Below, one piece after another: positions 56,801 through 64,000 of a stretch of 64,000 nucleotides of DNA. A model generated the notes under the pieces. It did no database searches. It worked only from the letters and a program-made list of their open reading frames with translations, and had not been told where the DNA came from. Position 1 is the first letter of the stretch. Each line of letters begins with the position of its first letter. The position numbers were made by a program, and so were the translations under genes. The DNA comes from Bryobacteraceae bacterium (lineage in GTDB: Bacteria > Acidobacteriota > Terriglobia > Bryobacterales > Bryobacteraceae): contig DATHMO010000212.1 in assembly GCA_035486995.1 (NCBI GenBank), positions 26,476 through 90,475 on the forward strand, read 5' to 3'.

Positions 56801-57539
56801 CCGGATTCGTGAGCGAAATCGTGGTGCCTTCGAAATCCTGCACCGTGAGCTTGTTGTTGCGCGCCCGAAAAATGATGTCGTCGAAAGCCCTGACGAACTG
56901 CGCGAAGTCCATCGAGGCGGCGTCCTTGATGTTCGGCACTTTCAACGACCTCGTGCCGTCTTTGCCCGCCACATCCACCGCGATGCCGATGTTCACACCG
57001 TCGCGCACCACGCGAAACGGCTGGCCATTGGTCTCCGCATACGCATGGTTCAACGAAGGATTGCTGCCCAGCGCCTTCACGATCGCCCACGCCACCATGT
57101 GCGTGTAGGAAATCTTGCTCTTGCCGATCAACGCGCGATGTTCGTTCAGGATGCGCCGGTTCTCGTCGATCACCTTTACCGGCATCACCCGCTGCGACGT
57201 CGCGAGCGGAATGCTCAGGCTCAGGTTCATGTTCTCGGCGATACGAGCCGCGGCGCCGCGCAAGGGCATCAGCGTCTCACCTGCCACAGGCTGATGCTCA
57301 GGAACGGCGGGTAGCGAAGCAGCGGCCGCGTGGCCGCCATTTTGCAGGGTGACCGATCGAGTGTCATGCGCCCCGTTTGCCGGCTTCGAATCGCTTACCG
57401 GTGGAGCTGCGCTGCCGTTAGTATCGAAGACTTCTTTCCAGCTCTCGTCAACGGTCTTACGATCGTTCAAATACTGCTGATACAGCTCGTCTTCAAGCCA
57501 ACTGTTGATACCTAGTTCGGGTGCACGTGATTCTGACAT
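53823..57539 (-). CDS. kgd: multifunctional 2-oxoglutarate dehydrogenase E1 with fused E2-like acyltransferase domain (Kgd/OdhA type)
   Basis: 1238 aa. N-terminal region has the E2 catalytic motif YDHRVVQGAESGAF. It is followed by the E1o TPP-binding body (GMAHRGRLNVL, IHGDAAFAGQGVV, LLLPHGYEGQGPEHSS). Confidence 0.92.
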   Translation of the reverse strand: MSESRAPELGINSWLEDELYQQYLNDRKTVDESWKEVFDTNGSAAPPVSDSKPANGAHDTRSVTLQNGGHAAAASLPAVPEHQPVAGETLMPLRGAAARIAENMNLSLSIPLATSQRVMPVKVIDENRRILNEHRALIGKSKISYTHMVAWAIVKALGSNPSLNHAYAETNGQPFRVVRDGVNIGIAVDVAGKDGTRSLKVPNIKDAASMDFAQFVRAFDDIIFRARNNKLTVQDFEGTTISLTNPGTVGTLGSVPRLMPGQGAIIATGAIDFPAEYHGVTDQLRALLGLSKVMTVTCTYDHRVVQGAESGAFLGSLQGLLEGDNGFYEHIFSDLKIPYKPVHWEPDRPVSIPGLRGGQHEDVAKEAAVLQLINAYRVRGHLIADFDPLGSEPVYHSELDPATYGLTIWDFDREFLTGTLMSEDDQPQKTATLREILETLRQTYCGKIGCEYMNIQIPEQKRWLQLRMEPTGNRWPLDEQTKLRALQRVIEAEEFERFLHTRFIGHKRFSLEGGESAIAILDEILDRAADTNVHETVIGMAHRGRLNVLANIVGKSLVQLFSEFEGIDPDSTQGSGDVKYHLGASGVRKSSSGREIVVSVAFNPSHLEAVDPVVEGLVRPKQDRLGDVNRERVIPILIHGDAAFAGQGVVPETLNLSQLEGYTTGGTIHLVINNQIGFTTNPNEARSTPYSTDVARMVQAPIFHVNGDDPDACIRVAQMAYDYRQTFKRDVVIDMFCYRRHGHNEGDDPSYTQPILYRKIKNHPSVASQYSDLLVRERLIDAENVAQIRKGINQRLNDIYDASKQNQEQYQLQELGSVELDDIAAPSPNTAVDRAALERVVQGITTLPDDFHVHPKLEGFVKKRLEILRGAAVDWATAETLAFGTLVLERTPVRLSGQDSGRGTFSQRHLELYDSETGERYIPLQHLAPNQARFDVFDSSLSEYAVMGFEFGYSVADPLTLVLWEAQFGDFVNGAQILIDQFIASAESKWGQPSGLVLLLPHGYEGQGPEHSSARIERFLTLCAEDNLQVVNASTPAQYFHLLRRQMHGGADRRGVRKPLIVFTPKRMLRHPKAVSNINEFMTGSFREVLDDTTGIELSRVNRVLMCSGQVYYDVLAAREERKIQDVAVVRLEQIYPFQAGQVRDILARYPETAEVVWVQEEPRNMGAWRFVQEQMQPILEPTRRTLRYAGRASSASPAAGSLKRHQQELAELLEQAFSAEIKLEVPAKRRVAARRKR

Positions 57540-57611
57540 GGAAATAGATGATAGAAGGGCTTACCCCTCCATCATAGCGTGCTTTGTGGCCTATTATCAG
57601 GATGATCGGCC

Positions 57612-58145
57612 TCAGGCGCGGTTGCGCCGCCGCCGGTTTATAGCGCAAATGCCCACCAAAGCAGCCGCCATCAATCCAAGCGAACCGGGTTCGGGAACCC
57701 CGCTCACCGGTCCCAACACCTGAACCGTGAAATCGGCCGTACCCACGATGTCTTGCGACCCGCCGTCCGCGCCGCCGAGCACTTGAAACGTTCCGTCGTA
57801 GTTGCCCGGCGGGAAAGGATCGGGGATGGTCACATCGAACAGCTCGATGTCGCCGCTGGTGAATCCGCCATCCAGCGATCCAGCCGCGTCCAGCGACAAC
57901 GGCGCATTCGCGAAGAAAGGGCTGTCGTCGATTGAGCCTAACGGTATGCTCGCGAGATTGAAGTTGTCGTCGTTGAGAAACACCGTATCGCTCGTGGTGT
58001 TGGTCAATGTCCCGAAGAACTGCAGCGTGTCGCCCGCCGATCCTGAGAGCGTAGGCGAATCGAGCGTGATCGTGATCGTGTCAGCCAAAGCTGCCGCCGA
58101 GGGCAGCAAAGCCAGAGCTAGGATTGTGAACCAGTTCTTTATCAT
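57612..58145 (-). CDS. PEP-CTERM sorting-domain protein
   Basis: Signal peptide, then C-terminal VPEPGSLGLMAAALVGICAINRRRRNRA (PEP motif + TM + basic tail). Confidence 0.8.
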   Translation of the reverse strand: MIKNWFTILALALLPSAAALADTITITLDSPTLSGSAGDTLQFFGTLTNTTSDTVFLNDDNFNLASIPLGSIDDSPFFANAPLSLDAAGSLDGGFTSGDIELFDVTIPDPFPPGNYDGTFQVLGGADGGSQDIVGTADFTVQVLGPVSGVPEPGSLGLMAAALVGICAINRRRRNRA

Positions 58146-58181
58146 ATGAATTCTCCTCCGTAATTAAGCCGTGTCTGAACC

Positions 58182-61100
58182 TTAGGGCAGCGTGATCCGC
58201 CCGGCCGAGCTAAAGCTGCTCCCCGTATAGGTTCCAGATAATGTCATCGTGGTTGCCGCCCCGGACGCGCCAACCGTCCCCGGAAAGCTCACGGTCACTT
58301 GCGCTATTGCGCCGCCGGCGATTGTGCCCAGCGCCTGCGGAAGCGTCGTCGTAGTTGACGTTGTACCGATTTTCGCCGTGGTCAATTGGACATTCGATGC
58401 CGCCGTTGCGCCGGTATTGGCGATTGTCACCACCACGACAATCTGGCTTGCAACGCGCGTCAGCGTCTTAGTGACAACCAGATTCGCTGGGCCGGATGCG
58501 GGACCGATATTGATCAACACCGTGACAGTCGCGGTTGAATAATCCACCGTATCGTTAGGCGTGAACGTCACCGAAAGCGTCTGGCCATTGCCCGGCAGCA
58601 GAACCGTTCCAGCCGGCGGATTGTAGACAAATGTCCCCGCCACATTGGCCGTCGCGTCGAGTTGCCCCGATCCCAGCGCGCTTCCAAACGCTATGCCCGC
58701 CGGATTAGCCCACGTAATGGTTGGGCTCGTTTTTGCAAGATTGGTCAGCGAGAAGTTGACCGGCGTCAGCCCGGTCGCACTCGCGGTTACGTTGTATGGC
58801 CCGCCGGATTGTCCATTCGCGGTGAAAGTCGTCGCCGTGGCGATGCCGTTCGAACCCGTCGTCGCTTGCGTCGTATTCGTAGTATTGGCGAACGTTCCGC
58901 TCGCGCCCGACGACGGCGCCGTGAACGTCACTTGAACACCCTGGACTGGATTGTTGTCGATGTCCTCTACCGTCACGCTCAGCAGCGATCCGAACGCCGT
59001 CGACACCAGAGTCGATTGCGCCGCGGTATTTCCGGCCATCTGCGACGCGATTCCGGCGCCGAGCGAAACCTTCGCGAAGAAGCCTTCGTTGAATCCGCCT
59101 GCACTGGTCGATTGGTAAGCCTTCACTAGCGGCAAATCGGATCCCGCCGAGTAGCCGGCCACGTAGATATGCTCTTTCGTATCCACCACCAGACCCGTCG
59201 GAAAAACGTTCGCCGTGCCGCCGTAGTATGAGCCAAACAGCACCTGGGACGCATCGCTGCTCAGCTCAGTGATATAAGCCGCACCAGCCGCGAAACCCTG
59301 GAAGCCGTTGTTGAGAAGGTAATCGCCCAGCCCACTGGCGTTGGCTGTGATGTAGACATTCTCGGAGGAGTCGAGCGCGATCGCCGCCACAGTCTCGTTG
59401 CCCGAAGCCGTCGATGGCGATCCATAAAACGTCGACCACACCAGCGCTCCCGTAGCATTTAGCTTCGTCACAAAACCCGTACCGCATTCCCCGGAATTCG
59501 TGGCGACAAAACAAGTGGATTGCACCACTCCCGACGTCGCCGGAAAGCCCTCCGCCACCGTGTATGTGTCCTGCCCACCCGCGTAAACGTTGCCCGAAGC
59601 GTCGGCCGCAAGCGCATTGACCATGGACGATTCCGTCCCGTGCGTTGAGACTGATCCGTTCAAGTACGTGGAAAACACCAGCGATGCGGTGCCGGTCAAT
59701 GTGGGATCGAACTCGGCGACATATGCATTCGGGGACCCATTGATGCACACCGTATCGGTTCCCGCCGCGGTTGGACCGCCCACGCACGTATGCGAAAGCG
59801 CGCCTGTCGTTGTCGGCAGATGCGGATCCTGCGTGTAGCCGCCGATAAAGATTTTCCCGTCGCCCACGGCCAGCGCATCGTTATAGGTGTTCTGATTCGG
59901 ACCGCTGAACATCGTGGAATAAACCAGCGATTTTCCGTCCGGAGTAAGTTCGGTCACGAACGCCGAGTAGCTGCTGCCGCCGATGACGATAGGCTGATAC
60001 GCCGCCGTCGTGGTCGGATAGTTGAACTGTCCATCGTTGGCGAAGACAGTCGCCGGCGTGCCCACGTTCGCGGTGAAAGCCGATCCGGCTACGTAAATGT
60101 TGCCCGATGCGTCGAGAGCGATCTGCGCCGGATGCACGTCGCCCGAGCCGCTTAGAAAAGTCCCGTACAAAATGCTGGTCCCGGTCGTGTTGAGATGGAC
60201 CAGGAATGCGGAATTGGTGTCATTCCCGATGCAGCCGCTCTTTTCTCCTTCGTACTGGTCGGTGCTCAAATTGAAGTCCGCAGCCACCGGATTGCAGAAG
60301 CCCAGGAGTGCATCGCCGGTAATTGGGAAATCGTTCGATTGCGTCCGGCCCACCACCCAGGCATCGTCGCCTGAATCCACCGCGATCCCCGTGCCGGAAT
60401 CATTGGAACTACCCGATCCGCCTCCTCCGAGGTAAGTCGAGTAAATCAGGGATTGGCCGTCGGCGCTGATCTTGGACACAAAGGCCGCCGAAGCTGACGA
60501 CGGACCGCACTTGCTGGCGCCAAGGTCCGGATTGCCGGCCGGACAGTTTTTCTCGATCACTCCCGCAGTCGTCGGGAAGTCGAGTGCGTTTGTTACCCCA
60601 GTGACGTAGATGTCGCCAGCCGCATTCACCGTCATCGCGTTGATCGCCGTTTCCTGTGACGATCCGCCGAGATAGCTCGAATAAAGCAGCACCGGATCGA
60701 TAACCAGCTCCTGCGTGCGATCGTAAGTGCCCACCCGAAACCTCACTTCGTTATCGGCCACGATGAAGCTCCCGCTCACCGGCTTGCGCGCGCCGCCCAC
60801 TTGCTGGTAGAGCACCGGCCTTTGGAATCGCACCGCTGGCGACAACAGCAAATCGCCTGACGCGTTGTCGACCCTCGGCTCAGCGCCCTCAAATTTCAAT
60901 TGGATCTTCGACGGGTCGGCTTGCGGAGCCACGACAAAATCGTATTCCAGCTGGCCCTGCGTCCCGTGGTAAACCAGGTCGATCCCGGGATAAACATCGG
61001 ATGAACTGGCTTTCGCATACGTGGGCAGGTTGCTAATCCGGCTGCTCCCCAGCATGTAGCTGACAACGCCTGGCAATTTGTCCGCGGGTTGCATCGTGAC

Positions 61101-61394
61101 GTGCGCGTTGGTTCCCCCCAGGCTCATGCGAACCGAGGCGCCGTGCTGCAACGCAAATGTCGCAGAAGTGGCGTTGAGGAATATGCTGTAACCGGCTCCC
61201 CGGGCGACAAACTGCACCCGCCCGTCCGTCTGGCCGCGATTGGGTTCGAAGCCGAGTGGCAGCTTTCCATAACTCTTCGATATTCCCGAACTCCGCGGCG
61301 AATTCAGAGCCACTGCCTGCGTTTGTGCTTGGGCAACGATAGAAAAGAGTCCAGCGAACGCGGTGGACAATACGACACAATATAGGCGATTCAT
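58182..61394 (-). CDS. large secreted beta-propeller-repeat (SBBP-like) protein with C-terminal Ig-like domains
   Basis: Start trimmed to ATG 61394 (MNRLYCVVLSTAFAGLFSIVAQAQ). Many repeats of the type YSTYLGG...G.AVD..GN.YV.G.T.S.DFP. C-terminal Ig/CARDB-like segments. Confidence 0.8.
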   Translation of the reverse strand: MNRLYCVVLSTAFAGLFSIVAQAQTQAVALNSPRSSGISKSYGKLPLGFEPNRGQTDGRVQFVARGAGYSIFLNATSATFALQHGASVRMSLGGTNAHVTMQPADKLPGVVSYMLGSSRISNLPTYAKASSSDVYPGIDLVYHGTQGQLEYDFVVAPQADPSKIQLKFEGAEPRVDNASGDLLLSPAVRFQRPVLYQQVGGARKPVSGSFIVADNEVRFRVGTYDRTQELVIDPVLLYSSYLGGSSQETAINAMTVNAAGDIYVTGVTNALDFPTTAGVIEKNCPAGNPDLGASKCGPSSASAAFVSKISADGQSLIYSTYLGGGGSGSSNDSGTGIAVDSGDDAWVVGRTQSNDFPITGDALLGFCNPVAADFNLSTDQYEGEKSGCIGNDTNSAFLVHLNTTGTSILYGTFLSGSGDVHPAQIALDASGNIYVAGSAFTANVGTPATVFANDGQFNYPTTTAAYQPIVIGGSSYSAFVTELTPDGKSLVYSTMFSGPNQNTYNDALAVGDGKIFIGGYTQDPHLPTTTGALSHTCVGGPTAAGTDTVCINGSPNAYVAEFDPTLTGTASLVFSTYLNGSVSTHGTESSMVNALAADASGNVYAGGQDTYTVAEGFPATSGVVQSTCFVATNSGECGTGFVTKLNATGALVWSTFYGSPSTASGNETVAAIALDSSENVYITANASGLGDYLLNNGFQGFAAGAAYITELSSDASQVLFGSYYGGTANVFPTGLVVDTKEHIYVAGYSAGSDLPLVKAYQSTSAGGFNEGFFAKVSLGAGIASQMAGNTAAQSTLVSTAFGSLLSVTVEDIDNNPVQGVQVTFTAPSSGASGTFANTTNTTQATTGSNGIATATTFTANGQSGGPYNVTASATGLTPVNFSLTNLAKTSPTITWANPAGIAFGSALGSGQLDATANVAGTFVYNPPAGTVLLPGNGQTLSVTFTPNDTVDYSTATVTVLINIGPASGPANLVVTKTLTRVASQIVVVVTIANTGATAASNVQLTTAKIGTTSTTTTLPQALGTIAGGAIAQVTVSFPGTVGASGAATTMTLSGTYTGSSFSSAGRITLP

Positions 61395-61534
61395 GATTCC
61401 CCTGTGACGGCTTATGTGTGCTAACACCTGAGATTGCGTAAACCGCCCAGGGAGTCCCTCACCAAATCGAGGGCGCGCGATGCCATTAGTACTATTACCG
61501 CTACTTACTGAGCCGCGACCGTAAGGGAGCCGGT

Positions 61535-64000
61535 CTAGCGGTCGGAGGCGCGACCCGCCTGGAGTGCGCGTGCACGCGCCAGGCGCCGCTCTAGATCCCT
61601 GAACAGCCAATTTGGCTTGCTCGACTGCGGATAGGTCGCAACACTTTTTTCGAACGCTCCGACGGCGCCGTCAAAGTCATGCATCAAGAGCAGGGTGTCG
61701 CCGATCTCGCGTTGGATGTCGCTATACAGCTTCGACGTCTGGAGTGCGTCGTTGGGCGCTGCCTTCCGCAGCCCCGCGCGCATCATGGATTCCGCGATTC
61801 GCAGATGGCCCATCGCCGTGCTCAACTTGCCCGCGACACTTTCGGCGGCGCCTAAATGGAAATACGCGTTGATCAGATCCTGCTGCGCCTCCACGCTATC
61901 GGGCTCGGCTTTCGCCACCGGCTCCATCATGGACAGCGACCCCGCAGCGGCCTGCACCGCCGATTCCCCTTCTCCAGCTTGATGCATGGCCCAGCTCAAC
62001 TCGCCCAGAGCGTCGCCGCATTTCCGTTGTGCCTGCTGGCTGGGCTCCTTCCGCAGAGCCTGGCACGCGGAATCCGCGGAGCGCTGATGCGCGGCAACAC
62101 CTTGTTCGTAATAGGCGCGATTTCCGGTCCGCAGGCCCAGCCCCTCTAGAGTGAATCCAGCGTATTGGCTGGCCACCGCAGCCACATCGTCCATGCCAGG
62201 ATGAGCGGCCTGAATCTCCTCCGCAACCGCGATCGTACGGCGAAACTGATCGAGCGCGGCTTGAAGCTCCGGCAACGAATCGGCGGAATTCAGCAACGCA
62301 TAACCCAGCCTCAAATTCGCCTCCGCATAGAGCGCCGCCGCCGGTTTCCCGTTCACCTGAAAATTTGGCGGCGCGTCCTTCCACAGCTGCCTGGCCGGAT
62401 TAAGCGTGGAATTGAGTAGCGACTTCGCTTCCGCAAATTGTCCCGAACGAGTTTCGATCACGGCAGTGCTGATGCGCGCCTGCACCACAACCGCCAGCAT
62501 TCCCCAATCGTTCGGGGCAGCCTGAGCGGCCATCGCCTCCGCTTTGCGGTAACTTACCAGCGCCCCTTGTGTATCGCCGATGCTCACCGTGAACGGCTTG
62601 CCCTGGATGTCGGCAAGCTGCAAGTACGCTGTCGCCAACGCGCGCCTCAGTTCGGGATCGTTCGGCGCCTCGGGTGACAATTGGTCCAGATTATTGCGCG
62701 CCCGATCCACAATCAGCAAAGACGCTTTCATGGATCCCGGCAGCTTTTGAACCTCTCTTAGAATGTCGGTCACATAGGATTGGCTCAAATCGCGAACCTG
62801 CACCATGCGCCGTTGCCCGCGGCCATATTGTTGCAACATGACGAGCGCCGAAAGACCCATGGCGGCAGCCAGTACCGCGCCCATAACTACTCGCCAGCGA
62901 TAGCGTTGCACAAACCGCGCTCCGCGATAAAGCCATGTCTGCTCATGGGCCAGCACCGGCTGCCCATCCAGGTATCGCCGCAGATCCTCGGAAAATTGCT
63001 CTACCGACGGGTAACGGCGCCGAGGATCGGCTTCAATCGCTTTCGCCATCACACCGCGCAAATCGCCATCCAATACATGCGCGAGCTTGGCCTTCGATGT
63101 CGCGCGCAATCGGGCCGATTCGTCGGTGACGAGCGACCCCGGTGGAGTCGGATCTACATCTCGCACCGCACGCTCCAGGCCGGCGATCGGCGAATCGGGA
63201 TCGCCAAAGGGCCACGCCCCGGCGAGCAGCTCGTACAACACCACTCCCAGCGAGTAGACGTCCATGGCTGTGGAGACAGCCTCCCCGCGTAGCTGTTCTG
63301 GACTCGCGTAGCGCAACGTCATGGCATGAAACCGCGTGGTGGTCTGTTCCGTCGTGGTCAATAGCAGCTTCGCCGTGCCGAAGTCGAGCAGCTTGAGCAC
63401 GCCCTCCTTGGTCACCAGAATATTGCCCGGCTTGAGATCCCGATGCACCACCAATTTGCGATGCGCGTACTCCACCGCGGAACAAGCTTGTAGAAAAAGC
63501 CGGATGCGATCGGGTATGGGTAGCAGACGCTCGTCACTGTGACGGTTGAGGGTTTGCCCATCGACATACTCCATCACCAGGTACGGATCGCCGCTGACAT
63601 CCACGCCGCCATCCAGAAGCCTCGTGATGTTGGGATGATTGAGGTCTGCCAGGATCTGGCGCTCCGACCGAAATCGTTCCGTGAAGAATCGGGTGCGCAG
63701 ATGCGAACTCACCACCTTGAGCGCAACTTGCTGCTCAAATTCGCCATCCGCGCGATGAGCCAGGTACACCGTTCCCATACCGCCCTGCCCGAGTTCGGAA
63801 TCCAGTTTGTATCCGCCTACCGTTTCTCCCACTCGCCCTTTGGGCTCGATCGCATTCGCCGCGGGCCTGAAACGCTTCTGATCTTCGAGAGCGAAAAGCA
63901 GGTTCTGCAGCTCAGCTAAAAGCGCCGTATCCCCGTGGCATGAATTGAGCAGAAACTCTCTCCTGCTATCTGGCACCACATCGAGAGCGGCGTGAAAGAT
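61535..64000 (-). CDS. Ser/Thr protein kinase with C-terminal TM and TPR-like region, 5' end outside the window
   Basis: GQGGMGTVYLA, ALKVV, HRDLKPGNILV, DFGTAK. The frame stays open to the window edge (upstream codons ...IFHAALDVVPDS resemble the usual N-terminal helix of this kinase family). Confidence 0.9.
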   Translation of the reverse strand: MFHAALDVVPDSRREFLLNSCHGDTALLAELQNLLFALEDQKRFRPAANAIEPKGRVGETVGGYKLDSELGQGGMGTVYLAHRADGEFEQQVALKVVSSHLRTRFFTERFRSERQILADLNHPNITRLLDGGVDVSGDPYLVMEYVDGQTLNRHSDERLLPIPDRIRLFLQACSAVEYAHRKLVVHRDLKPGNILVTKEGVLKLLDFGTAKLLLTTTEQTTTRFHAMTLRYASPEQLRGEAVSTAMDVYSLGVVLYELLAGAWPFGDPDSPIAGLERAVRDVDPTPPGSLVTDESARLRATSKAKLAHVLDGDLRGVMAKAIEADPRRRYPSVEQFSEDLRRYLDGQPVLAHEQTWLYRGARFVQRYRWRVVMGAVLAAAMGLSALVMLQQYGRGQRRMVQVRDLSQSYVTDILREVQKLPGSMKASLLIVDRARNNLDQLSPEAPNDPELRRALATAYLQLADIQGKPFTVSIGDTQGALVSYRKAEAMAAQAAPNDWGMLAVVVQARISTAVIETRSGQFAEAKSLLNSTLNPARQLWKDAPPNFQVNGKPAAALYAEANLRLGYALLNSADSLPELQAALDQFRRTIAVAEEIQAAHPGMDDVAAVASQYAGFTLEGLGLRTGNRAYYEQGVAAHQRSADSACQALRKEPSQQAQRKCGDALGELSWAMHQAGEGESAVQAAAGSLSMMEPVAKAEPDSVEAQQDLINAYFHLGAAESVAGKLSTAMGHLRIAESMMRAGLRKAAPNDALQTSKLYSDIQREIGDTLLLMHDFDGAVGAFEKSVATYPQSSKPNWLFRDLERRLARARALQAGRASDR

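Overview
GC-rich, densely coding bacterial chromosome segment with about 55 genes, one tRNA, no rRNA, no CRISPR and no recognisable mobile element. The gene content suggests an Acidobacteriota-like soil bacterium, but this is inference only because no database search was possible. That content includes a PEP-CTERM protein, a CarboxypepD_reg-type TonB-dependent receptor, a PSCyt/DUF1549/DUF1553 + DUF1501 pair, a giant beta-propeller-repeat protein and a TPR Ser/Thr kinase.

Layout:
- 1-8008 (-): ECF sigma / anti-sigma / periplasmic protein fused into one operon with type II secretion genes gspE-F-G-H-I-J-K-(L-like).
- 8057-11411 (-): a short SecA paralogue with two unknown upstream genes.
- 11434-30645: housekeeping and envelope genes. 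These are a bPH_2 protein, a BNR propeller, a chimeric OmpA, a doubly frameshifted Uma2 pseudogene, an APC permease, folC, plsC, an S41 peptidase, lysC, cmk, an AddAB-like pair, tRNA-Asp and an MBL hydrolase.
- 31341-46262 (-): the most interesting block, a ~15 kb run of 13 tightly packed or overlapping genes behind a TTGACA-N17-GATAAT promoter. In order: TonB-dependent receptor, Cys-less glutathione-peroxidase-like protein, NitT/TauT ABC importer, long arginase-family ureohydrolase, a CbiX-like/DUF362-like fusion with no canonical start codon, then urease ureF-D-A-B-C-G with no ureE. I read it as an uptake -> ureohydrolase -> urease nitrogen-scavenging module, possibly for guanidine or a guanidino compound, with an unusual candidate metallocentre-maturation factor.
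- 46310-52544 (-): DUF1501, PSCyt/DUF1553, beta-propeller and PPK2.
- 52613-64000: a small-ORF cluster with a CX5R phosphatase, a Kgd/OdhA-type 2-oxoglutarate dehydrogenase, a PEP-CTERM protein, a giant repeat protein and a Ser/Thr kinase truncated by the window edge.

Other direct observations:
- A perfect 17-bp x4.5 tandem repeat reiterates an ATGA stop/start junction.
- A rho-independent terminator is shared by convergent genes.
- A 55-codon zinc-ribbon ORF falls below the ORF-track cutoff.

All functional calls rest on motif recognition by eye and gene context. None has been confirmed by a search.
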